Shown here: one piece after another, positions 18,001 to 25,314 of the stretch
Layout of the letters: every line of letters starts with the position of its first letter
Numbering within the stretch: position 1 is the first letter of the stretch
Virus record (IMG/VR): IMGVR_UViG_3300033485_000006
Span: 1-25,401 of that record
Direction: 5' to 3' (one strand)
Length of the DNA: 25,401 nt
Origin: a virus
Lineage: Duplodnaviria; Heunggongvirae; Uroviricota; Caudoviricetes
The notes under the pieces: generated by a model
What the model saw: the letters and a program-made list of their open reading frames with translations, nothing else
Told to the model about the DNA's origin: nothing
Database searches by the model: none
Position numbers and translations under genes: made by a program

Positions 18001-19076
18001 TAGCTGTGGATTCTTCTGGTAACCATAGCACTCCAGTTGGTGTTATAGTTACACCACAAGGATTACAACCAGTTACTGGACTAAAAGCATATTACATAAA
18101 TGAACAAACTAGAATTACGTGGGATATCTTATCTGATACTAGGTCACCAATAGATTATGAAATTCGTATGGGAACAATATGGGATGATGGATTAATTCTT
18201 GGTAGAGTTATCACACCAGAGTACACTGTATCTGCTAATGGTACTTATATGGTTAAAGCACATTATCAGTATCCTAATGGTACTAATATTTATAGTGTTT
18301 CAGAATCCCAAATTACTATAGTAGGTGCTATGATACCTAAAAATATTGTGGCCTCATTTAATGAGAAAACTACTGGTTGGTTAGGTACAAAAACTAATGT
18401 TTATGTGAATGCAGATGGGAATCTAGAATTAATGTCAGACCCTCTTGATACTATACCAGTAATAGACTCAGAACTAGTTTTTGACTATGCTGGTGGTATA
18501 CAAGCTATGGGTATTTATGAAATACCAGCTGCACATATAGTTGATATAGGTACGGCTCAAGTATGTAGATTATGGGTCGATTATAAAGCAGAAGGTAGGA
18601 TTGTAACAGACCGTGTAGATAATATTTTCAATTTTGACTCTTGGGTTAGTGTAGATGGTAGAAGTTCTGACTATAATCTAATACCTCAGATTGCTATTGC
18701 ACAAGATGATGGTGTATTTGGCCCTTGGGAAGATTTTGTAGTTGGTGATTATATAGGACGTAAGTTTAAATTTAGGGGTATATTTATATCCCTTAGTGCA
18801 GATACTACCTGTATATTATCTGAGGCTACATTCTATATAGATATGCCAGATAAATTACAATCAGCTAATAATATTATTATCCCAAATACTGGGACAACTA
18901 TTACATACCAAATACCATTTCAGGTGCCACCTAATGTACAAATAACAATAGTTAGTGCTCAGGATAACGATGATGTAATACTTACAAGCCAAACAATAAA
19001 TGGTTTTGGTATAACAATTAGTAACGGTGGCGTTGCCGTACAACGTAATATTAACTGGCTCGCTAAGGGCTACTAG
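15027..19076 (+). CDS. Central tail tip/host-specificity protein, gpJ-like, with fused gpI-like N-terminus and FnIII repeats
   Basis: 1349 aa. PKGGGGG plus hydrophobic helices (gpI-like), then VPILYG, GLGEGP, YPNTALLAL, NPAWAAMDLL..SRYGAG, ANAVEVTYYDA, VGDIVNVAHD (Phage-tail_3-like), FnIII-like repeats and a C-terminal beta domain. Confidence 0.92.
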   Translation: MESIHLEGNQVLIPEVITTELVTHNDPFNPSDISVLIVNPGISCYSLLENYKYDIEYYDIVISRNQEIIDVDFIVEKGDIVSLLLVPKGGGGGAKTMILGAIITIIGAVLFYTGVAAPLGVMMMKVGVGMMLSGALMSLFPPTVPTTMPGLSSYDQSTTYGWNVQGNSIAQGNSVPILYGTMKITPQYIGKYLEVSNNNQILKILLGLGEGPFDNITEITVNDTPISSFSDTYHEYRLGTNNQTVISDFNDTWSDQGISKKLTNTSTWSYALTSGDAVTSLGVGISCPQGLYYANDTGGMDSYSVYIDVEYRPVGGVWANLLDSGYVVDTMFYYVDQNPTVGVNYGTFWYNPGVYADATGPYDVYAQQIVGKYSSQPSTTPIFMGTVTTLPADVTGRALFMGQNAWAVTRRYSASSYFTITGNQPSAIRRTFKATGLPPAQYEVRVRFYQNPATSSRYGSATYFEALQEAISDDFTYPNTALLALSMKATDQLSGGFPKVTCIASRTTGTYGRLDNPAWAAMDLLMNSRYGAGIPLSRIDFQVFSDWATYCNTEGFTINMYIDQSLSLVQNLQLIGQLGRGRIIQYGSTFSVIVDKPNIIPTQGFLFSMGNIIQNSFSEVFLPLKDRANAVEVTYYDANNDYERTTIEVTQGNYDLVNIVNKVQLNLLGCTSKEQALRQAKYHLNQNRYLTITSTWEASIDSIHCKVGDIVNVAHDVPQWGYSGRITNNTTNTITVDRNDLVMEVGKTYYIQVSNSNTDEQVYVPITSVLGDVLTTSSTLGVLGAYSVYSFGEVDRHAKKMRVLSISTAGDLKRKITAVEYNENVYNDAVAIPAPLQVQDLRTKDLVASEYMRIITGGAIDTVVQLSWKGAALNYNVSYRLLTETSFTSAGIARTTSTEIYGLIEGELYEFMVDGITTQYRVLGKTTPPDPVINLVGSEFSNTFKLSWDYPYIPVDFNHFEIYADGVLLGSSITTSFSEYIPTIKSVSFTVVAVDSSGNHSTPVGVIVTPQGLQPVTGLKAYYINEQTRITWDILSDTRSPIDYEIRMGTIWDDGLILGRVITPEYTVSANGTYMVKAHYQYPNGTNIYSVSESQITIVGAMIPKNIVASFNEKTTGWLGTKTNVYVNADGNLELMSDPLDTIPVIDSELVFDYAGGIQAMGIYEIPAAHIVDIGTAQVCRLWVDYKAEGRIVTDRVDNIFNFDSWVSVDGRSSDYNLIPQIAIAQDDGVFGPWEDFVVGDYIGRKFKFRGIFISLSADTTCILSEATFYIDMPDKLQSANNIIIPNTGTTITYQIPFQVPPNVQITIVSAQDNDDVILTSQTINGFGITISNGGVAVQRNINWLAKGY

Positions 19077-19085
19077 GAGAAATAA

Positions 19086-20234
19086 GTGGCGCAACATGAC
19101 TATGATATAAATAGCTCGGATGCTATTAGTGGACTACAATTTAGACAAGACCTTAACGCATGTTTATCAGCTATTAAATCTGGGAATGCTGGTGCTACTG
19201 AACCAGCTACTCCTACTGCTGGTATGGTATGGTTTGATACCTCGGTATCACCTGCAGTATTTAGACAACGTAATTCTGGTAATACTGCTTGGGTATTAGT
19301 TGGTAGTGATGGTACTATGGGCGTATCTTTAGCTGCCGCGGCTACTACAACTATTGGTGGTCAAATGTATGGGGATACTATTGTTATCTCTGGAAATACT
19401 GCTATTACTAGTTTTGGTGTTTCATCTACTGGTACAAAAAGAACTTTGATTCTTAGTGGTACACCCACAATTACACATAACGGTACATCTTTAATTTGTC
19501 CTGGTGGTGCATCAATCGTTTGTATAGCTAATACAATAATTGACTTAGTATGTATAGATGGTACCCTAAGTTATTGGGAGGTTACTTCGGTACAACACCC
19601 AGATGTTTCATTTACTGAACTTGGGTATTTGGATGGTGTAACTTCTGCTATCCAGACACAGTTAAATGCGAAAGCAGCTTCCGCTACTACAGTGGCTAAA
19701 GATTCTGCTACTGGTGTAGCATACTATCCAGCAGGGACTACCGCAGAACGCCCAGTTCTTGCAGATACAGTTGTTGGTGTACGTTATAATACAACTCTAG
19801 GTGCTGAGGAAATTGGTATAGGTACAACAGGAGCTACTACATGGAAAGTGCTATCTGATACTTCTCATACGCATGCTACATACTTAGCCTTAGCTGGTGG
19901 CACAATGACTGGTGCTATCACAGCGCTGCGAGAAACAAAAGTAGCTATGGGCGCTAATGATATTAATCTAGCCGCTGGTAATCTATTCACAAAGACTATT
20001 GCTGGAATTACCACACTTACAGTATCAAACTGGTTGGCAAGTGGAAACGCAAATAGCTTTATCCTTGAATTAACTAATGGTGGTGCTTTTGCTGTAACAT
20101 GGTTTGCTGGTGTAAAGTGGGCAAGTGGGGTAGCCCCAACTCTAACAGCTGCTGGGATAGATATTTTAGGATTCTACTCACATGATGGTGGGACTACTGT
20201 GCGAGGAATACTTCTTGCGAAAGACAGTAAGTAA
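19086..20234 (+). CDS. Tail fibre/adaptor with N-terminal collar-like domain
   Basis: GTG start with SD AGGAG. N-terminal MAQHDY...FRQDLNACLSAI.S.NAG.TEP..P.AGMVWFDT attachment motif, fibre spacer YLALAGGTMTG and a C-terminal beta-sandwich (VKWASGVAPTLT..G.DILGF). Confidence 0.8.
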   Translation: MAQHDYDINSSDAISGLQFRQDLNACLSAIKSGNAGATEPATPTAGMVWFDTSVSPAVFRQRNSGNTAWVLVGSDGTMGVSLAAAATTTIGGQMYGDTIVISGNTAITSFGVSSTGTKRTLILSGTPTITHNGTSLICPGGASIVCIANTIIDLVCIDGTLSYWEVTSVQHPDVSFTELGYLDGVTSAIQTQLNAKAASATTVAKDSATGVAYYPAGTTAERPVLADTVVGVRYNTTLGAEEIGIGTTGATTWKVLSDTSHTHATYLALAGGTMTGAITALRETKVAMGANDINLAAGNLFTKTIAGITTLTVSNWLASGNANSFILELTNGGAFAVTWFAGVKWASGVAPTLTAAGIDILGFYSHDGGTTVRGILLAKDSK

Positions 20235-22117
20235 TGCTTAGGAATATGTTTGGAGGCACTAAATGCCGTACTATTGATAAGGTAGACATCTTCGGTGATT
20301 CATCAGGTGTAGTACTCTATCGTTTAGATGGTAATGCTAATGATACTGGTGGAAACTATCATGGTACTGAAACTAACATAACGTATGGTGGCGGAGTGTA
20401 TGAGAGAGGCGCTATTATTACAGCTACTAACTCAAGGGTAGCCTCAGCTGTACCAGTAAGAGCCATTAGTATGTGGATTAATAGATATACATCTAGCACA
20501 AATATTAATGCTAGACTATTCTATACTACTTCAAATCATGGGGCTTATTTAGATGCTAACACTAATAACATATTAGAACAGACTGGCGGTACAATCACCA
20601 AAATAAAAGTTAATAATGTTCTTACTAATATAATTACAAGAGATTCATTAATCCATGTGTATATCGAATTAAATCTTACTACAAGCGGAACAACATATAT
20701 TGGGAACCACTCTACAGATACTTTCCAAATAGGAGGAATAGTAGACCAAGTGAGAGTTTTCAATAGAGCATTGACTGACATAGAAGTAGCTACACTCTAT
20801 GCTGAATGTGCTCCTACATCAATAGTAGATAATGCTAATCCATTTGAAGATAATAGTCTAAAAGCTATGTATCAGTTCAATGGTAATGCTAATGACTTAA
20901 CTGGCGTATATAACGGTACAGCTACGAATGTAACATATGCAGCTGGTAAGTTTGGACAATGTGCTGTTGGTGATGGCAGTCTTTCTAAGATAAAAGCTGA
21001 TTTTCCTTATACAAATTCAATGGCTATTTCTTGTTGGGGGTATATTACTACTTTAGGACAAGCTCAATTTATATTTGGTGAAGCAGATACATTAGGTACA
21101 AATGCAAGTATAAGAATAGCTTTGGGACTAACCGCAACAAATAACTATCAGATTTACCTAGGGAATGGAACATTAGGATTAAACAGTAATACTATTGTAT
21201 CAGGGTTACTGGCTAATACTTGGTATCATTTTACATTAGTAATTAACAATCTTAATGTTATGCTATATAGAGATGGGGCATTGGTAGCAAACCTAACAAG
21301 CACCACACCTATTGGAACACATACAGCAGGAAACTTTGCATTTTTAGATTTAGGGAATTACGCTACAGCAGGGGTATTTAGCTGGAATGGCTCAATAGAC
21401 CAACTAAGAATCTTCAACAAAGCTCTAACACCAATGGAAGTAGCTTCACTCTATACAGAAACCACCCCAATGGAAGAACCTCTAGCAACGCTAGTTGACC
21501 CATTCAAAGATGGTAGCGGTAAAGCACTATACAGACTAGAAGGTAACGCACTAGATGAGAGTGGTAACTATAATGGTACTCCTACAAGTGTGACTTACGG
21601 GAATGGGATTAGTGGAAGGTCTCCTACATTTAACAATACTTCTGCATACATATCAAACACATTCACGGGAGTTGGGTTTGATGATTTTACAATATCTGTT
21701 TGGGTCAATCCAACAAGTGTTGCACTCGGTACATGGCAACAAATTATTGGTGGTGTAAATATTACTAATTATTATTCATATTTTATAGACCAAGATACAT
21801 TAGGAAGAATATCTATTAGTGATAGTCATGGGGGAACAGCCGCATCTACGGCTAATAATGCATTACCAATTGCAAATGTATGGTATCATCTATGTTTTAC
21901 CAAAGTTGGCACTGCTAGAAAATTATACATTAATGGAGTTCTATCTATAAATGATTCTCTTGGTACAGTAACTGTTGCAAAACCAACTGGGTTAATGATA
22001 GGTAAGTATTTCAATTCAACAACCCAATCTTGGAATGGCTCAATAGATCAGTTAAGAATATTCAATAGATCAGTAACCCAAGCAGAAGTGACTCAACTAT
22101 ATACAAACTTGAGCTAG
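20234..22117 (+). CDS. Receptor-binding protein with three tandem LamG/concanavalin A-like lectin domains
   Basis: Three repeats begin Y(R/Q)(L/F).GNA.D..G.Y.GT and end IDQ.R.FNRALT..EV..LY, with central SIS.W and WYH.... motifs. Coupled to the fibre gene (TAATG). Confidence 0.88.
   Translation: MLRNMFGGTKCRTIDKVDIFGDSSGVVLYRLDGNANDTGGNYHGTETNITYGGGVYERGAIITATNSRVASAVPVRAISMWINRYTSSTNINARLFYTTSNHGAYLDANTNNILEQTGGTITKIKVNNVLTNIITRDSLIHVYIELNLTTSGTTYIGNHSTDTFQIGGIVDQVRVFNRALTDIEVATLYAECAPTSIVDNANPFEDNSLKAMYQFNGNANDLTGVYNGTATNVTYAAGKFGQCAVGDGSLSKIKADFPYTNSMAISCWGYITTLGQAQFIFGEADTLGTNASIRIALGLTATNNYQIYLGNGTLGLNSNTIVSGLLANTWYHFTLVINNLNVMLYRDGALVANLTSTTPIGTHTAGNFAFLDLGNYATAGVFSWNGSIDQLRIFNKALTPMEVASLYTETTPMEEPLATLVDPFKDGSGKALYRLEGNALDESGNYNGTPTSVTYGNGISGRSPTFNNTSAYISNTFTGVGFDDFTISVWVNPTSVALGTWQQIIGGVNITNYYSYFIDQDTLGRISISDSHGGTAASTANNALPIANVWYHLCFTKVGTARKLYINGVLSINDSLGTVTVAKPTGLMIGKYFNSTTQSWNGSIDQLRIFNRSVTQAEVTQLYTNLS
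20328..22047 (+). repeat. Exact short DNA repeats at LamG domain borders
   Basis: ATGGTAATGCTAATGA at 20328-20343 and 20880-20895; TGGAATGGCTCAATAGA at 21383-21399 and 22031-22047. Confidence 0.85.
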
Positions 22118-22123
22118 GATACT

Positions 22124-22855
22124 ATGAATTACTCTAAAATATATAATCAACTTATAGCCAATCGTAAGTTAAATGTCCATAGTGACGATATATTTACTGA
22201 AAAACACCATATCATACCAAAGTCCCATGGGGGTTCAGACAGTATAGATAACATAGTTGCCCTATCCGCTAGAGAGCATTTCATAGCCCATTGGTTGCTG
22301 TGGAGGATTCATAGGGATAAAGCTATGGCATTTGCCTTTAATGTAATGTGTTGGAATACATATGGCAATAGGTATAAAAATAGTTATGCATTTGCTGAGG
22401 CTAGAAAAGCAAATAGAGATAATTTAGTAGGCAGAACTATATCAACTGAAACTAGAGATAAACTATCTAAATCAATGAAAGGAAGGCCTTCTCCTTTAAA
22501 AGGCAAAAAGGCTTCAGATGCTACTAAAGAAAAATTAAGAGTTAAAGCTAAAGTAACTGGGTTAATGCATATTGGCAACACTTATGTACTAGGTAGAAAA
22601 CATACAGAAGATGCTAAAGCAAAAATGTCTTCCAAGGCAAAAGGAAGGATTGTGTCAGAAGAGACTAAAGCAAAAATAAAAGAATCAAAAAGAGGTATAG
22701 TGCATAGTGTAGAAACTAAACTTAAAATGTCAGAGTCTGCCAAATGCACAGTTAGATTAAAAGTGGTTTGTCCACATTGCCTTAAAGAAGGCGATAATAA
22801 TCTTATGAAAAGATACCACTTTGATAACTGTAAATTAAACACACAAGGAGCATAA
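22124..22855 (+). CDS. Free-standing HNH homing endonuclease with NUMOD3 repeats
   Basis: EKHHIIPKSHGGSD...NIVALSAREHFIAHWLL (HNH), several (H/S).ET(K/R).K(M/L)S..KG repeats (NUMOD3) and a terminal CPHC...RYHFDNC. Confidence 0.92.
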   Translation: MNYSKIYNQLIANRKLNVHSDDIFTEKHHIIPKSHGGSDSIDNIVALSAREHFIAHWLLWRIHRDKAMAFAFNVMCWNTYGNRYKNSYAFAEARKANRDNLVGRTISTETRDKLSKSMKGRPSPLKGKKASDATKEKLRVKAKVTGLMHIGNTYVLGRKHTEDAKAKMSSKAKGRIVSEETKAKIKESKRGIVHSVETKLKMSESAKCTVRLKVVCPHCLKEGDNNLMKRYHFDNCKLNTQGA

Positions 22856-22856
22856 C

Positions 22857-23399
22857 ATGGAACAATGGTATAAAGATGGTGAGGTATTCAATTCACTAAT
22901 AGCAATAAGAAACAAGATGAAAGAAGTATCACTACCAATGCTATTAACTGATAGTATAGTAGCTGAACTAGGATTCGTCAAAGTAGCAGATGTAAAGCCT
23001 GCAATCGCTGCAAGTCAGTATACTGTTGAAGGTGCAATCGAATTGGTTCTAGGTGTGCCTACAAAACAATACACAGTAGTAGATAAGTCAGTTGAACAGA
23101 TAGCATCTGAGACAGCAGAGTATATGAAGGGTATTGTGGATAACTTCACCAATATAACCACAGAATATATTGAAGCTAAAGTACAAGCATATAATGCTGC
23201 AAATGGTCTAGCGTTTAAAGATATTGATGCGTTTACTAAGTACGCTATTAATGCTGGATCGCAGCATCATGCTATTGCTAATCAGTTCATAACCTATGCT
23301 GATAATGTGTGGGCTGCTATAAGAGCATACCAAGCAACTGCAACAGTGATACCTACTGAGGTCGAGTTCAAAGCAGTCCTAGACACTGTGGTATTCTGA
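22857..23399 (+). CDS. Tail fibre assembly chaperone-like protein
   Basis: KPAI...Q...EG.IELV.G...KQY.V.D motif and helical C-terminus (F..I....YA...S.....A..F....D.VW......PT..EF...L), typical of fibre-associated chaperones. Located after the receptor-binding gene. Confidence 0.6.
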   Translation: MEQWYKDGEVFNSLIAIRNKMKEVSLPMLLTDSIVAELGFVKVADVKPAIAASQYTVEGAIELVLGVPTKQYTVVDKSVEQIASETAEYMKGIVDNFTNITTEYIEAKVQAYNAANGLAFKDIDAFTKYAINAGSQHHAIANQFITYADNVWAAIRAYQATATVIPTEVEFKAVLDTVVF

Positions 23400-23662
23400 T
23401 GGCTTGCTGTACATTATTCCCAGAGCGTTGGCGTGGAGATGAAATAAGTGCAGCATGTTGTAATCATGATTACGATGTAACCCATAACTATAATTTGGTT
23501 ACACCAGCTAAAAATTTCTGGTATAACTTAAAAAATTGTGGTGTCCACTGGCAATGGAGATTAATGATTGTTTTTGGTGGCACCATTGGTCATATTATAA
23601 AATACCCTTGGTTGGCTATACAGACCTATAAAAATAGGAGAAAATTATGTTCGGGTACTTAA
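23399..23662 (+). CDS. Small PLA2-like (CxxHD) protein with hydrophobic C-terminal segment
   Basis: CT.FP...CCNHD resembles the phospholipase A2 His-Asp motif, followed by WQWRLMIVFGGTIGHII. Coupled by TGATG. Confidence 0.45.
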   Translation: MACCTLFPERWRGDEISAACCNHDYDVTHNYNLVTPAKNFWYNLKNCGVHWQWRLMIVFGGTIGHIIKYPWLAIQTYKNRRKLCSGT

Positions 23663-24324
23663 AATATTTATGGCAAATATATAGTCCATTTGACATAAAT
23701 AGAATTATTCGTGAAATGGCCGAACCTCTTAAAGAGGTTAGAGTTACATTAGATGAAATACGCCATAGTAATAATGTGACTATCGCATTACTCGAAAATG
23801 AACTAGCAGAGAAAGAATTTATACTACAGCAATTCGCTAATGCTATACCAGATATGGTGTGGTTCAAACAATATGATATTGATGGTAATGGGGGGCAGTA
23901 TATCTATGCTAATCAGGCAATACGTGATCAACTTCTATTATGCCCTAATCCAATTGGGTATACAGATATAGAATTAGCAATTAGGGCTAAAGAGATATAC
24001 GGGATAGAAAATCATACGTTTGGTGAAAAGTGTGCCAATAGTGACCCTATTACTATAGAGAATTGGAAAAATGGTATTACTTCTAGTAGATTTTTAGAGA
24101 GTGGTAAAGTTAAGGGTAAGATGGTGTATCTTGAGGTACATAAATCTGTTGTAGTCACAGAGCATGGGAAAGTTCTAGGGGTATGTGGTTCTGGTCGCGA
24201 TATTACAGAATATATTGAAGCTGTTAAAGAATTATCTTTAATAGATAATAACGATATTGAGTGTTGTCTATCAATACGAAAATTAGTTAGTGTGTTTAAA
24301 AAATATGAATTTGGGGAGGAGTAA
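23647..24324 (+). CDS. Stand-alone PAS (PAS_4-like) domain protein with N-terminal amphipathic helix and coiled coil
   Basis: LQQFANAIPDMVWFK...YIYANQA...IGYTDIEL...D......F.E...G..VYLEVHKSVV....GKVLGVCGSGRDITE is a complete PAS/PAC pattern. SD AGGAG. No kinase, GGDEF or HTH output domain. Confidence 0.88.
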   Translation: MFGYLKYLWQIYSPFDINRIIREMAEPLKEVRVTLDEIRHSNNVTIALLENELAEKEFILQQFANAIPDMVWFKQYDIDGNGGQYIYANQAIRDQLLLCPNPIGYTDIELAIRAKEIYGIENHTFGEKCANSDPITIENWKNGITSSRFLESGKVKGKMVYLEVHKSVVVTEHGKVLGVCGSGRDITEYIEAVKELSLIDNNDIECCLSIRKLVSVFKKYEFGEE

Positions 24325-24326
24325 GT

Positions 24327-24551
24327 ATGGCAGCCGAAACGTGGGAGGAAGTAAGGTATCATGTTCTCGGGCAACTACCACTATTGAACCAAAAGATAGA
24401 TAATGTCGCTACTCAGTTAACATCAGTGGATAAGAAATTTGAAACTAGTATGTCAGTTCTAACAACTAAAATGATGATGATTATGGCTATTGGTTCTGGA
24501 GTTATTGGGTTAACCATCCAGTTAATTACCCATGCTTTTGGTATAAAATAA
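24327..24551 (+). CDS. XhlA-like/holin-like single-pass membrane protein
   Basis: 74 aa: coiled coil (LNQKIDNVATQLTSVDKKF) plus C-terminal hydrophobic helix (MMMIMAIGSGVIGLTIQLI). Strong SD GGAGG. Confidence 0.65.
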   Translation: MAAETWEEVRYHVLGQLPLLNQKIDNVATQLTSVDKKFETSMSVLTTKMMMIMAIGSGVIGLTIQLITHAFGIK

Positions 24552-24727
24552 TGAAAACAATAGAGCATGATTCCACATGTGAAATATTATACAAGTTGAG
24601 AGATGCGGTAGCTGCTGATGAATTAATTTTTGCTATGTATTTAGTTGGTCAACTACAAGAAAAATTAACTAGGTTAATTAATAGTCAGGAACACAAGGGT
24701 TGTATCCTTAATTGTGGTAGTAAATAA
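24551..24727 (+). CDS. 58-aa helical microprotein
   Basis: MKTIEHDSTCEILYKLRDAVAADELIFAMYLVGQLQEKLTRLINSQEHKGCILNCGSK*. TAATG overlaps at both ends. Not in the ORF track. Confidence 0.7.
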   Translation: MKTIEHDSTCEILYKLRDAVAADELIFAMYLVGQLQEKLTRLINSQEHKGCILNCGSK

Positions 24728-24852
24728 TGTATAAAATACAAGTATTATCAAAACTATTGGCTAAATTAATAGCTAACTCTGAGTTCACCGAAGCATTTAA
24801 AGTATATGAAGAACTAGGTAAGGTTCTTGATACATATAAAATATCATGTTAA
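24727..24852 (+). CDS. 41-aa helical microprotein
   Basis: MYKIQVLSKLLAKLIANSEFTEAFKVYEELGKVLDTYKISC*. TAATG-coupled; its stop abuts the endolysin SD. Not in the ORF track. Confidence 0.65.
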   Translation: MYKIQVLSKLLAKLIANSEFTEAFKVYEELGKVLDTYKISC

Positions 24853-24861
24853 AGGGATTAC

Positions 24862-25314
24862 ATGCAATTAACAACACATTTTAGTATAAGTGAATTTGTG
24901 AACTCCACTAATTTTCCAAGTTTAGTTCCTCGGAATACACTAGAAGCACAACCCTATATTAATTATATGACTAGAGTAGCAGAACAATTAGAGATTATTA
25001 GAGCGTACTATAAGATGTCTATAATTGTTACTAGTGGGTTTAGAGGCCCTTCATTAAATTTAGCTGTAGGTTCTAGAGCTAAAAGTAGCCAGCATCTAAC
25101 TGGGCAAGCAGCTGATTTTATCATTCCTGGTGTAACTGTGGATAGAATTTTTAGTGATATTAAATCTGGTAAAATTAAACTTACAGATTGTAATAAATTA
25201 ATTCTTGAGAATGTTAGGGGTAAATCTTGGATTCACCTAGGTATCGCTAATAAAAAGACTACAAAGATAACATACCTTAAAACTATTGATGGGGCAAACT
25301 ATGAATTGGTTTAA
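24862..25314 (+). CDS. Endolysin, Zn-peptidase M15 family (Peptidase_M15_3-like)
   Basis: HFSISEF, TSGFR...N.AVG....SQH..GQAADF and WIHLG supply the His-x6-Asp...His zinc ligands. No signal anchor. Confidence 0.9.
   Translation: MQLTTHFSISEFVNSTNFPSLVPRNTLEAQPYINYMTRVAEQLEIIRAYYKMSIIVTSGFRGPSLNLAVGSRAKSSQHLTGQAADFIIPGVTVDRIFSDIKSGKIKLTDCNKLILENVRGKSWIHLGIANKKTTKITYLKTIDGANYELV

Noticed and set aside
20234-22855. Diversity-generating retroelement acting on the LamG repeats
   Set aside because: Differences between the repeats are not adenine-specific, there is no non-coding template repeat and no reverse transcriptase in the window.
22124-22855. Group I intron carrying the HNH-NUMOD3 gene
   Set aside because: The flanking genes end and start cleanly with their own stop and SD, leaving only 6 and 1 nt of spacer and no room for an intron core. 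The same applies to the HNH at 1902.
23647-24324. LOV (blue-light) assignment for the PAS protein
   Set aside because: The GxNCRFLQ motif is absent; KCANSD is not equivalent.
3838-24374. Minus-strand and alternate-frame ORFs in the track (3838, 4099, 10566, 11425, 14469, 14503, 18861, 20545, 22384, 22582, 23616, 24012)
   Set aside because: They lie almost entirely within well-supported + strand genes, lack recognisable motifs and are explained as codon-bias shadows.
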